64,000 bases of DNA from an uncultured Campylobacter sp. GTDB taxonomy: Bacteria; Campylobacterota; Campylobacteria; Campylobacterales; Campylobacteraceae. The notes under the pieces are model-generated. The model saw only the letters and a program-made list of their open reading frames with translations. It had not been told where the DNA came from and ran no database searches. Position 1 is the first letter of the stretch. Every line of letters begins with the position of its first letter. Below, piece by piece: positions 49,739 to 59,321 of this stretch. The position numbers and the translations under genes are program-made. The DNA is taken from positions 38,516-102,515 of the forward strand of contig NZ_CALJPG010000022.1 of assembly GCF_937980635.1 (NCBI RefSeq), read 5' to 3'.

Positions 49739-51496
49739 ATGGTAGAAAAAAATGAACTATCACGCCGCTCGTTTTTAAAACGTAGCGGAGCGCTCACGCT
49801 TGGCTCGGTTGTGGCTGGATCTGCGCTACTAACAGGCTGTGATAACCCGAACAATCACCTCATCCATCCAAAAAAGGAAGTTGCAAAAGCCCCTGAAGTG
49901 CCAAAATGGCTGGGCGCTGAGCCGCAAATTTCAGACAAAGATATCAAAGAGACGCTTGAAACCGATGTACTTATCATAGGTGCCGGCGTTTCGGGACTCC
50001 ACGCTGCGCGCGCTGCAACTGAAAAAGGTGCAAGGGTTATCGTCCTAGAAAAAGCCGGTCGCTTTCAAGTTAGAAGCGGTCAGTACGGCACTCTAGGCAA
50101 TAAATTTCAAAGAGAGCTTGGTATCAAATATGACAAGAATGCAGCTATAAATGAGCATTTAAAACAGATGGGATACCGCGCCGATCAGCGCGTATGGAAC
50201 TACTGGGCAGATCACAGCGGCGAGGACTTTGACTGGATGATAGAGCTTGCTCCTGCGGTGCATTTTATGAAAGAGACCGATACGCAGCTTGATAGAAGTA
50301 AGATAAATTTGATGCTCATGCACTATCCGCTCCCGGCAGGATACGATCCAAGCAAAGAAAATAGCCCAAGCTATCCAACCGTTATGACATTTTTGCCTAG
50401 CCAAGAGCCGATGATGGAGCTAGTTTATGAAAAATCTATAAAGCAAGGCGCAAAATATATCTTCAAAACTCGTGCGAAAAAGCTACTTCGCGACAAAACA
50501 ACTGGCAAAATGCAAGGAGCAATCGCACAAAATATGGCTGATGGCTCATATATCAAGATAAATGCTAAGTCGGTGATACTTGCTACGGGCGATTATATGA
50601 ACGACCCTGAGATGGTAAAGACATTTGTGCCGTGGGTGGCAAATTTCTTCTGTCCGTTTCCAAACAGAGACTACAAAAACAATCCGACAAACACGGGAGA
50701 CGGGCATAAGCTTGGCTCATGGATAGGCGCAAAGCTAGAAGACGGACCGCACGCACCAGTCGCTCACACGCTTGGCGGACCGCTTGGCGTTGATGCGTTT
50801 TTACTAACAAATGCAAAGGGAGAGCGCTTTACAAATGAAGATCTAAGCGGTCAGCAAGTCACTCAGCCGCTCTCTCGCCAACCAGGAGGCTTTGGCTGGC
50901 AGGTATTTGACTCTAAATTTCCAGAGCAAGTCGGCCTCATGGGCGTATCACACGGCAGTGTAAACCACTGTGTAGAAGATAATCCAAAGCTTCCACCTGA
51001 CTGCCAGTGGGCGATAGGCAAAACATCGTATATATCGGTAAAAGATATTGAAGAGATGCCTGATGTATTTAAAGCAAACAGCATAGAAGAACTTGCCGGT
51101 ATGCTATACCCTAATAATCAAAAGGCACAAACGCAGTTTTTAGCAACTATAAAACGCTACAACGAGCTATGCGACAAAGGTTACGATGATGACTTTGGTA
51201 AGACCGCAAAGAGGATGTTTCCAGTACGTCACGCGCCGTTTTACGCCGGCAAAATGGGCGTGGGCGCTAGCCTGGTCGTAATGGGTGGCTTTACCGTTGA
51301 GCCAAGTACCGCAAACGTGCTAGATACCGACTATAACGAAATTTCTGGACTTTATGCCTGCGGTAACGTCATGGGCGGACGCTTTTTGGGTGACTATCCG
51401 GTAGTTTTAGCCGGCACTAGCCACGGAACATGCCTATGCTACGGACGCTTAGCAGGCTATCAGGCTGCGGCAAACGCAAAAGGAGTACAAGCATGA
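49739..51496 (+). CDS. Tat-exported FAD-dependent oxidoreductase, fumarate-reductase/flavocytochrome-c flavoprotein-like
   Basis: Twin-arginine motif SRRSFLKRSG, lipobox-like LLTGC, FAD motif DVLIIGAGVSGLHAA, and C-terminal GLYACGNVMGG. Confidence 0.85.
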   Translation: MVEKNELSRRSFLKRSGALTLGSVVAGSALLTGCDNPNNHLIHPKKEVAKAPEVPKWLGAEPQISDKDIKETLETDVLIIGAGVSGLHAARAATEKGARVIVLEKAGRFQVRSGQYGTLGNKFQRELGIKYDKNAAINEHLKQMGYRADQRVWNYWADHSGEDFDWMIELAPAVHFMKETDTQLDRSKINLMLMHYPLPAGYDPSKENSPSYPTVMTFLPSQEPMMELVYEKSIKQGAKYIFKTRAKKLLRDKTTGKMQGAIAQNMADGSYIKINAKSVILATGDYMNDPEMVKTFVPWVANFFCPFPNRDYKNNPTNTGDGHKLGSWIGAKLEDGPHAPVAHTLGGPLGVDAFLLTNAKGERFTNEDLSGQQVTQPLSRQPGGFGWQVFDSKFPEQVGLMGVSHGSVNHCVEDNPKLPPDCQWAIGKTSYISVKDIEEMPDVFKANSIEELAGMLYPNNQKAQTQFLATIKRYNELCDKGYDDDFGKTAKRMFPVRHAPFYAGKMGVGASLVVMGGFTVEPSTANVLDTDYNEISGLYACGNVMGGRFLGDYPVVLAGTSHGTCLCYGRLAGYQAAANAKGVQA

Positions 51497-52020
51497 GCAA
51501 TAGAAAAAAATATACGATAATAGGGCTAATAATAGCTGCCGTCATAGGTTTTATAGCGTTTCACCAGGTACAAGCAGCTAGCCACAAGGCTGAATTTTGT
51601 ATCTTGTGTCACAACATGCAGCCAGAGTACGACTCCTATACAAAAGGAAATTTGTTAGCTAAAAAGCATAACGACGCAAATGTAACATGCCACGACTGCC
51701 ACGTCCCAACCATAGCAGAGCAACTAAACGAGGTCAGGATGTATGCGATGGGCGATTTTGAGATGCCAACAAAACAAAGAGGATTTACAAACGAGCAGTG
51801 CACCAGCTGTCATAAGATAGACGATATCAGGAAAAAGACTGCGCACTATGGTTTGTCTAACCCGCATAATGGTGTCCATAATAGAGACAATGAAATGCTT
51901 CAGTGCCAATCATGTCACGCAGTGCATCATCCGCAAAAGCTAAATACTTGCATGTCTTGCCACCCGATAGACTGGAAAGTAGATAGTAGCTGGAAGATGT
52001 ATCCGCCTAGCGAAAAATAA
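51493..52020 (+). CDS. membrane-anchored multihaem c-type cytochrome (NapC/NirT/NrfH-like), five CXXCH
   Basis: ATGA overlap with the flavoprotein gene. N-terminal TM helix. CILCH, CHDCH, CTSCH, CQSCH, CMSCH. Confidence 0.85.
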   Translation: MSNRKKYTIIGLIIAAVIGFIAFHQVQAASHKAEFCILCHNMQPEYDSYTKGNLLAKKHNDANVTCHDCHVPTIAEQLNEVRMYAMGDFEMPTKQRGFTNEQCTSCHKIDDIRKKTAHYGLSNPHNGVHNRDNEMLQCQSCHAVHHPQKLNTCMSCHPIDWKVDSSWKMYPPSEK

Positions 52021-52025
52021 TCTTT

Positions 52026-52049
52026 AATCCGCCTCGCTCGGGGCGGATT
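52026..52049 (+). terminator. rho-independent terminator-like hairpin after the cytochrome gene
   Basis: AATCCGCC-(8 nt)-GGCGGATT, 6 nt after the stop, followed by a T-containing tail. Confidence 0.5.
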
Positions 52050-52074
52050 TATCTCCTCTGTAAATATAAATAGC

Positions 52075-52428
52075 TCAAGATAAGTTAAGCGGATTTTCTC
52101 TTATCAATTTTAGCAAAAAGCAATGGATCTCTCTTTTATATCTGTAGTTTAGTAGCTCAAATTTAAAACAATTTAGATATTTAATGCCGTCTATATATCG
52201 TTCGACTATTTCTTCAAAAATAGTAGGTATTTCTTCTTCTCGTATAACGTCTTTTAATATGAATATGTTGTTTATTCCTGAGGTGTCAATACTAAAACCT
52301 AATTCTTGAATGTTGTTGTCGGCCGCGTCCTTTAATTTATGCTGTTCGAGAAATAATTTTGAACCAGGAAGTGAATAAAAAAGAATTTCGGCGACATACC
52401 GTATGTAAAAAAAGTATTTTTTGAGCAA
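52075..52428 (-). CDS. hypothetical protein (AT-rich orphan, possibly a gene fragment)
   Basis: 117-aa ORF with only a TTG start and no clear RBS. Confidence 0.3.
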   Translation of the reverse strand: MLKKYFFYIRYVAEILFYSLPGSKLFLEQHKLKDAADNNIQELGFSIDTSGINNIFILKDVIREEEIPTIFEEIVERYIDGIKYLNCFKFELLNYRYKREIHCFLLKLIRENPLNLS

Positions 52429-52573
52429 TTCTTGACAATGAATCTAAATTTACTATTGGCGTAATTATCAAAACATAGTTTTAGTTCAAACTGAAACATA
52501 TGTTAAAATATCGTCCAGATTTTTCACTATAAATTTTAAAATTACTTTATTAAGCCTTTTATACTTTAGCATT

Positions 52574-54466
52574 CTATTCTCGCTTTATCCCAAGCTTATC
52601 GCCAAAATTTTGTTTGATGTAGATATGCAAAATATCGATCGCGGCGGGCGTTACGCCGCTGATCTCGCTCGCGGCAAAAAGCGTCGGCGGCGCGAAGTGG
52701 TTTAGCTTCTGCACGATCTCGTTGCTAAGCCCTCCGATCTTGCTAAAATCGATCTGCGGCGGGATCGCGACGCCAAGCAGCCCCTTCATCCTCTCAACTT
52801 CGGCGCGCTGCATCGCGATGTAGAAGTGATACTTGCACTGCGTTAAAATTTCATCCAAAACCTCATCGCCAAAGCCCTCAAAATGCGGCGCCAGAGCGAG
52901 CAGACCCGCCTTTGAAAAGCCGCTTTTGGCTACGATTTTTTGCAAGCTACAGCTTTGCGAAATTGGCTCTACGCTGATACTTTGCAGCAGGCTAAGCGTC
53001 TGTTTCGAAGGAGTAATCTGCGTTTTTAGCAAAAATTCCATTCCGCTTTCCACATCGAGCTTAAGCTTACGCGCCCTCTCGTAGCTCGCCTCGTCTAAAA
53101 GCCCGATCTCGCGGCCGTATTCGCTTAGGCGCAGCACGGCGTTGCCCTCGCGCAGCAGCAGGCGAAATTCCGCGCGCGAAGTAAACATTCGGTAGGGCTC
53201 GTTCGTGCCCTTGGTAACCAGATCGTCGATCAAAACCCCTACATACGCCTCATCTCTGCGCAAAATCAAAGGCTGCCGCCCGCGCAAATCAAGCACGGCG
53301 TTGATGCCCGCCATCAGCCCCTGCGCTGCGGCCTCCTCGTAGCCGGTGGTGCCGTTGATCTGGCCTGCCAAAAACAGCCCGCGGATCTTTTTGGTTTCGA
53401 GGTTATGTTTAAGCTCGGTAGGATCGATAAAATCGTACTCGATTGCATAGCCCGGGCGGACGATTTTAGCATTTTCAAAGCCTCTGATCGTGCGCAAAAA
53501 TGCAATCTGCACGTCGTAAGGAAGGCTCGTAGAGAGGCCGTTTACGTAATACTCCGTAGCCTCGCGCGTCTGTGGCTCGACGAAGACGTGATGGCGGTCT
53601 CGATTTGGGAATTCGTAAATTTTAGTCTCGATGCTCGGGCAGTAGCGCGGGCCCGTGCTTGAAATTTGTCCCGTAAACATCGGCGCGCGGGCGAAATTTT
53701 CGCGGATGATCTCGTGCGTGCGCTCGTTCGTATAAGCGATAAAGCAAGCAAGCTGCTTCGGCGCAAAATCTTTGCTGCGAAAGCTGAAAGGGTGCGGATC
53801 CGCGTCGCCGTCTTGGCGCTCAAGCACGCTAAAATCGATCGTCTTAGCATCGATCCTTGGGCAGGTGCCGGTCTTTAGCCGCCCCATTTGCAGCCCCAGA
53901 CTTCGCAGCGATTCGGCTAGCTCCACGCTCGCTAGCTCGCCCACGCGCCCCGCTTGCAGCTTGTTCTCGCCCACATGAATTAGCCCGTTTAAAAAGGTGC
54001 CGGCGGTGATTATCAGACGCTCGGTCTCATAAACGTTGCCAAGATGGGTCTTAACGCCGCAAATGCGCAGAGCGCCGCCTCGCTCGCAGGTTAAAATTTC
54101 GCTCGCGATCTCCTGGCTCACGTCCAGCCCCTGCGTGTTTAGCAGCAAATTTCGCATATAGATGCGGTATTCGTCCATATCGATCTGAGCACGCGAGCCG
54201 CGCACGGCTGGACCCTTGCTCTCGTTTAAAATTCTAAACTGCAGCCCGCACGCATCCGCCGCAAGCCCCATCTGACCGCCCAGTGCGTCGATCTCCTTTA
54301 CCAGATGCCCCTTAGCAAGGCCACCGATTGCGGGGTTACAGCTCGCAGCGCCGATCTGCTCGGCCAAGATCGTAATTAGCAGCGTCTTTGCGCCCATTTT
54401 TGCGGCGGCCAAGCTTGCCTCGATGCCCGCGTGTCCGCCGCCCACAACGATAACGTCGTATTTCAT
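52574..54466 (-). CDS. mnmG: tRNA uridine 5-carboxymethylaminomethyl modification enzyme MnmG (GidA)
   Basis: [41 protein letters not shown]. Confidence 0.97.
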   Translation of the reverse strand: MKYDVIVVGGGHAGIEASLAAAKMGAKTLLITILAEQIGAASCNPAIGGLAKGHLVKEIDALGGQMGLAADACGLQFRILNESKGPAVRGSRAQIDMDEYRIYMRNLLLNTQGLDVSQEIASEILTCERGGALRICGVKTHLGNVYETERLIITAGTFLNGLIHVGENKLQAGRVGELASVELAESLRSLGLQMGRLKTGTCPRIDAKTIDFSVLERQDGDADPHPFSFRSKDFAPKQLACFIAYTNERTHEIIRENFARAPMFTGQISSTGPRYCPSIETKIYEFPNRDRHHVFVEPQTREATEYYVNGLSTSLPYDVQIAFLRTIRGFENAKIVRPGYAIEYDFIDPTELKHNLETKKIRGLFLAGQINGTTGYEEAAAQGLMAGINAVLDLRGRQPLILRRDEAYVGVLIDDLVTKGTNEPYRMFTSRAEFRLLLREGNAVLRLSEYGREIGLLDEASYERARKLKLDVESGMEFLLKTQITPSKQTLSLLQSISVEPISQSCSLQKIVAKSGFSKAGLLALAPHFEGFGDEVLDEILTQCKYHFYIAMQRAEVERMKGLLGVAIPPQIDFSKIGGLSNEIVQKLNHFAPPTLFAASEISGVTPAAIDILHIYIKQNFGDKLGIKRE

Positions 54467-54702
54467 TTTTTGCCTTTAAATTTAAAGCCGCAATTTTAGC
54501 CAAAATAAAATTTCAAAACGATAAATCGCACGCAGATACCGCAGACAAGCCGTCCGCAAAAGCTGCGGACACAAAATCGGCGAGCAAGGGCGTGAAATTC
54601 CGCGTAAATTTTTAGCGCAAAATTCCCGCGCCAAAATTTTGCGCGCGAGCTTTGCTTTAAATTTCGCATTGTATAATTACGCATTTTTATCAAAAAGGAT
54701 GA

Positions 54703-55695
54703 ATGCTGATAGATAAAGCTTATGTTTGCGCGCTGAAAGATCGCGTGATAGGCGGCTGCGAGATTGCAAAGCAGCAGGCGTTAGAGCTGGCGCAGTGCGA
54801 GGATTTGGGCGCGCTTTTTGCGGCGGCGGATGAGATCAGACGCGCTTTTTGCGGCGATAAATTTAATCTCTGCACGATCATAAACGTAAAATCGGGGCGC
54901 TGTAGCGAGGACTGCAAATACTGCGCGCAGTCGGCGCATTTTAACACGGGCTGCGAGACTTACGGAATTTTGAGCGAGCGGCAGGTGCTAAGCGCCGCGC
55001 TTGCGAACGAAGCCGAGCAGACACACCGCTTCTCGCTCGTCGCCAGCGGGCGCGGAATTTCTCAAAAAAGCTCCGATCTGAGGGCATACTGCGCGATCTA
55101 TGAGCGGCTGCGAAGCCAGACGCGGCTGCATCTGTGCGCCTCGCTGGGGATCGCTTCAAAGCCTGCGCTGGCGCTGCTTAAAGCAAGCGGCGTGCAGACC
55201 TATCATCACAATCTCGAGACTTCGCGCAAATTTTATCCGCAGATCTGCACGACGCACAGCTACGACGACCGCATTCAAACGATACAAAACTGCCGCGCCG
55301 TAGGGCTTGACGTATGTAGCGGCGGGATTTTTGGGCTGGGCGAGGGCATGGAGGATCGCATCGATATGGCGCTGCAACTGCGAGAGCTGGGCGTTAGCTC
55401 CGTGCCGATCAATATCCTGACCCCGATTAAAGGCACTCCGCTGCAAGACGCCGCGCCGCTAGCGCACGATGAAATTTTAAAATCGATCGCGATCTACCGC
55501 TTTATCTTGCCGCGCGCGTATCTGCGCTTCGCAGGCGGCAGGCGAAATTTGGGCGAGCACGTACGCACGGCGCTTGGATGCGGCATCAACTCGGCGCTTA
55601 CGGGCAATTTCCTAACCACCACCGGCGATAGCATCGCAAGCGATAAGGCGCTTGTAGCGCAGTGCGGATTCGACCTCGCAAAGGGCGCGGATTAG
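54703..55695 (+). CDS. bioB: biotin synthase
   Basis: Radical-SAM CSEDCKYCAQS, plus YHHNLETS and the C-terminal [2Fe-2S] ligand region. Confidence 0.93.
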   Translation: MLIDKAYVCALKDRVIGGCEIAKQQALELAQCEDLGALFAAADEIRRAFCGDKFNLCTIINVKSGRCSEDCKYCAQSAHFNTGCETYGILSERQVLSAALANEAEQTHRFSLVASGRGISQKSSDLRAYCAIYERLRSQTRLHLCASLGIASKPALALLKASGVQTYHHNLETSRKFYPQICTTHSYDDRIQTIQNCRAVGLDVCSGGIFGLGEGMEDRIDMALQLRELGVSSVPINILTPIKGTPLQDAAPLAHDEILKSIAIYRFILPRAYLRFAGGRRNLGEHVRTALGCGINSALTGNFLTTTGDSIASDKALVAQCGFDLAKGAD

Positions 55696-55733
55696 CGCCG
55701 GTCTGGAATTAAAGATAAAATTTAAGAGGCGCT

Positions 55734-56159
55734 ATGAAGTTAAAATTTTTCCTTGCCCTTATTTTGGTCGTCTTGCTTGGAGGTTGCTCGCTGCTCCCGC
55801 AGGGCGACGAGGAAGCTCCATTCTTGGCGGACGCAAGCAGATGCGATGTCGCAAACCCGCTAAATAAGGAGCAGCCAAACCGCTGCGCGAAGCGGCAAAA
55901 GATTGACGCCGAAGTCGCGCGAAAGGCGCAAGAGCAAGCGGCGTCGCAAGACGCGTTTAATTCATTCAAGGAGAATAGCGCGCAAGCTCAGCAAATAGCG
56001 CAAGAGCAATATATTGCCGCGCGACAAAGCCTAATGCAACAGCAATCGCAGCAGCAACTGGAGCAGATGCAGCAGCGACAAAATATGAGAAATTTACAAA
56101 ACGAGCAGAACTGGAACAGGCTGCGCAATCTAGAAAATATAAGTAACGGCGGGATTTAG
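55734..56159 (+). CDS. Gln-rich lipoprotein
   Basis: Lipobox LLGGC after a signal peptide. C-terminal QQ-rich coiled segment. Confidence 0.7.
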   Translation: MKLKFFLALILVVLLGGCSLLPQGDEEAPFLADASRCDVANPLNKEQPNRCAKRQKIDAEVARKAQEQAASQDAFNSFKENSAQAQQIAQEQYIAARQSLMQQQSQQQLEQMQQRQNMRNLQNEQNWNRLRNLENISNGGI

Positions 56160-56339
56160 CCGTGAATTTTACAATTTGATCTAAATTTTAATTCGCGCGA
56201 CTTTAATTCTAGAGCAATTAGCCTAGATAAAAAAATATGATGAAATTTTAATCAACATACTACAAAATCAAATGAGGTCTTAATTTCAAGGGCAGACAGC
56301 TGAATGCTAGAAAATTTTAATTGATTTTAAGTGATGAAA

Positions 56340-56361
56340 TGGTGACCCACAGGGGGTTTGG
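56340..56361 (-). other. tRNA 3'-end-like fragment (candidate att core)
   Basis: The reverse complement reads ccaaaCCCCCTGTGGGTCACCA, which fits T-stem 3' half + 7-nt acceptor strand + discriminator + CCA. No D or anticodon arms are adjacent. Confidence 0.3.
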
Positions 56362-56516
56362 CTTTAGTGTATATATCGCCTAAAATAGGTAATATGTAAA
56401 TTTTAGTTATACACTTTTTTATACAAAAATTTTAGTAAGCATCTAACGGGATTTATAAATTTTATGAAAAAACCAATTATACCAAAGATGCACAAAATCA
56501 AAAGAAAGGGTAGCTA

Positions 56517-58073
56517 GTGAAAATTCCTCCAAAGCTTTACTTAAAATTTGCAAAAGATATAGAACCGGAAATCTTTGAGAACAAAACGCCTAAATTTCAC
56601 CTGGATGTCCTGAAATTTATCGATGGCGAAGATCAATACAAAGCCGTAGTCATATTTCGCGGTAGTGCAAAAACTACACTGCTTAACAAAATTTATGTCG
56701 TTAGCAGGCTGTATTTTTATGCAGAGCCTTTCATTATGATAGCTTCCGCAAACGATACGAAAGCAAAGCTATTCGTCGAAGCAATAAAAAATTCAATCGA
56801 TAAAGCGGCCGCCAGAGGCTACGCGATAGAGCGCGGTAAAGTTTGGAACAAAGACCGTATAGAGGTCGTCGTTAATCGCGGCAAAAAAGACGGGAACGGA
56901 AAAGATATCGAGCGGACCTGTCACGTAGTATCGCTCAGCTCCGGGCAAGATCCGCGCGGCGCCAACATCGACAACATGCGCCCAACTCTTATCATCATCG
57001 ATGATTTGGAGAGCAAAGACGGGCAATTCCCGGTTGGGAACAAGGCGAGTCGCCAAAAGCTTAGAGGTTGGTTTTATGCGGATCTATTGCCCGCCGTGCA
57101 CCCCGCTCGCGGCAAAGTGGTAGTGTTAGGCACAATCCTGCACGAGGATAGCATCTTAAACAATATCGTGAACAATGAGAATATAGAAGAAACCAGCAAA
57201 CAAGGATGGCGACATATAAAAATTCCTATCATAGAAAACGGCGCGAGCGCCTGGCCGTCTCGTTTCCCTTTATCGCGCATAAAAGCAATACAAAATCAAC
57301 TCGTTTCAAAAGGGCTTGCAAATGAATTTTACCAGGAATATATGTGCGCGGCGATCGATCCACAAAGAGCGATTTTCAAACGCGAGTATTTCCGCTACTT
57401 CGATCGCGTAGAATACGACATCAGCGCAGAACCAGAAGCTCTAAATATTACAGACGGCGTAAATATACGAACGCTGCAAATTAGAAAGGCCATAAATTTA
57501 ACGCTAGGCGGCGAAAAAATAGAGCTTGCAAAATGTCAAATTTTTACAACAATCGACCTGGCAAGCGCGAATGGTCGCGACCAAACAGCAATGATAACTT
57601 CGGCTGTCGATAACAGAAATCGCATATTCATAATAGACATCAGCGCCGGGCACTGGACGCCGTTTGAAAAGAGCGTCGAGATCATACGGATTTTTCAAAT
57701 ATTCGGCTGCACCAGGATAGGAATCGAAAAGGCCGGAATGCAAAACGATTTTTTCTATACGATTGACATCATACAAAAAATGACGGGAGTGCACCTACCC
57801 ATTGATCAACTTAGCCACGGCGGAAAGGCAAAAAATACCCGCATATCAAACCTAGAGCCATATTATCGCACAGGGCAAATTTATCACAACGCAAGCATAG
57901 ACTCAAGCACTGAGCTAGAGGCGCAACTCCTCAGCTTCGATAGCGAAGTCGAGAGCAAAGAGGATGATCTGATGGATGCGCTCGCGTATTTACAACAATA
58001 TATCGTGGGGCGAGAATTTGATGAGCCAGACTACGAGGACGAGGACTACGAGGGCGCCGAGGCATGGGCGTGA
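56517..58073 (+). CDS. phage terminase large subunit
   Basis: Walker-A-like FRGSAKTTLL, Walker B LIIIDDLES, and a C-terminal RNase-H-like nuclease region (TTIDLAS..., DDLMDAL). GTG start. Confidence 0.85.
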   Translation: MKIPPKLYLKFAKDIEPEIFENKTPKFHLDVLKFIDGEDQYKAVVIFRGSAKTTLLNKIYVVSRLYFYAEPFIMIASANDTKAKLFVEAIKNSIDKAAARGYAIERGKVWNKDRIEVVVNRGKKDGNGKDIERTCHVVSLSSGQDPRGANIDNMRPTLIIIDDLESKDGQFPVGNKASRQKLRGWFYADLLPAVHPARGKVVVLGTILHEDSILNNIVNNENIEETSKQGWRHIKIPIIENGASAWPSRFPLSRIKAIQNQLVSKGLANEFYQEYMCAAIDPQRAIFKREYFRYFDRVEYDISAEPEALNITDGVNIRTLQIRKAINLTLGGEKIELAKCQIFTTIDLASANGRDQTAMITSAVDNRNRIFIIDISAGHWTPFEKSVEIIRIFQIFGCTRIGIEKAGMQNDFFYTIDIIQKMTGVHLPIDQLSHGGKAKNTRISNLEPYYRTGQIYHNASIDSSTELEAQLLSFDSEVESKEDDLMDALAYLQQYIVGREFDEPDYEDEDYEGAEAWA

Positions 58074-58427
58074 ATTCGCGCTGGCAAGACAAATGCAGGC
58101 GGACACCGCTCCCGCAGGCGCAAAGCCCTAATGCTTACGCTCGTTTTGCAGATCGTGGGACAAAAAATGCGGGCTTAAATTTTAAGCAGATAATAAAACG
58201 TGCTCGTATCTTTCGCGGGACAAAAAGTCTAAATTTTGAAATTTTTCTCTACACCGTCAGTATTCGGCGGAAAAATTCTGAGTGGGGTCATAGCCCCCCA
58301 TCAAGAGAGCAGGTGGGCGCTATCAAATCCCCACAGCAGCGCGCCCGCAATAGATTATGACATAGGCGCGGGCAGGTACATAGGATTTTAAGCAAATAGT
58401 TATCAAGACCGAGCCGAAATTGCGCGC

Positions 58428-58620
58428 GAAACTTAAACGGCTCACGTCTAAATTTTCACAGTTTCCTTAAGCGAAAACGGACAAATTCGCGTCATTTTTG
58501 CCGCTTGAAACTTAAACTTAATTTTCACGGCTCTTTCAAATGCCTATTTTAGGGCGTTTTATAAAATTAACTATTGAAAATAATTCTTTTCAAAAATACG
58601 CATTTTCACGAAACTTGACC
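58428..58620. repeat. three spaced copies of the GAAACTT(A/G)A(A)C / ATTTTCAC word pair
   Basis: Copy 1: gaaacttaaac (58428) with aattttcac (58451). Copy 2: gaaacttaaac (58507) with attttcac (58521). Copy 3: attttcac-gaaacttgacc (58602-58620). Confidence 0.4.
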
Positions 58621-59321
58621 CCAGACCCCGCCCAGAACCTTAAACCGAATTCGCTTAAATTTTGATAGATTTTTTGCCGCAAATCCGCGCTCTGTCCCAA
58701 AAACGGAGCGGTGCACCCCCGAAAAACCCGCTTGCCGCCCCTCCCCCGTCGGTATTTCCTACTATCTGCTTTGCGAAGCTTCGTGCGCTGGTTCTCGCGC
58801 CAAGGTGCATACGTAAGCAGGCGGCGTTGGCGCTTGCCCGGCGCGGGCGCGCTTGCGGACGCTAGAGGGCTTCGGCTCGATCAAAGCGGCATGCCAAGCG
58901 CCATATACCGCTCACGAGCACAGCCCGGAGTGCCTAGACGTTTTAACAAGTCTATGTAGAGGGCGCTTGCCCGGCGTGGTTGCGAGGATCGCAAAAGCCG
59001 CCTGCTCCGTCCGTGTGGCGATGTTGCGCGGGCGAGTGCGCGGTTTTGCATGGGTTAAATTTGGCTGGATTTCGTTATTTGTGGCAGCGGGGTCGTTACG
59101 AATGTGTGCGGCGATTGGTGCGCCAATTCGCGCCCGGGCGCTGCATGATGAGCCGTATCGTCGTGACAGACCTAAAGCTCCGCGGCTATTTCATCTTTGA
59201 TGAGCTCTTTGATCTTGTCAGCGAAGATAATTCTCTATTAAGGTTCACAAAGCTCGCACGCTTGAGTTTTTTTAAAAAAATGGAGTTATAGTATTCATCA
59301 CTATCTTGCCTGAATTTATAG

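Larger units (their letters stand above)
46201..52570. other. lower-GC accessory island (two-component system + porin + flavoprotein reductase + cytochrome + orphan)
   Basis: Visibly lower G+C and no AAATTT-cored spacer words compared with the flanks (ABC exporter, mnmG). Confidence 0.45.

Noticed and set aside
56300-56400. A complete tRNA gene
   Set aside because: Only the last roughly 20 nt (T-stem 3' half, acceptor strand, CCA) are recognisable. No D-arm, anticodon arm or 5' acceptor strand can be paired, so it is kept only as a candidate att fragment.
58064-59291. ORFs 58064-58360, 58662-58865, 58711-58959, 58853-59200 and 58980-59291
   Set aside because: They mutually overlap in different frames, are Arg/Ala/Cys/Pro-rich, and have no RBS or recognisable motif. 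I treat the region as noncoding (see findings).
59190-59321. Small third ORF downstream of the ATPase-nuclease gene
   Set aside because: Manual translation of the minus strand shows in-frame stops within about 20 codons in every frame and no start codon. There is no third gene in the cassette.
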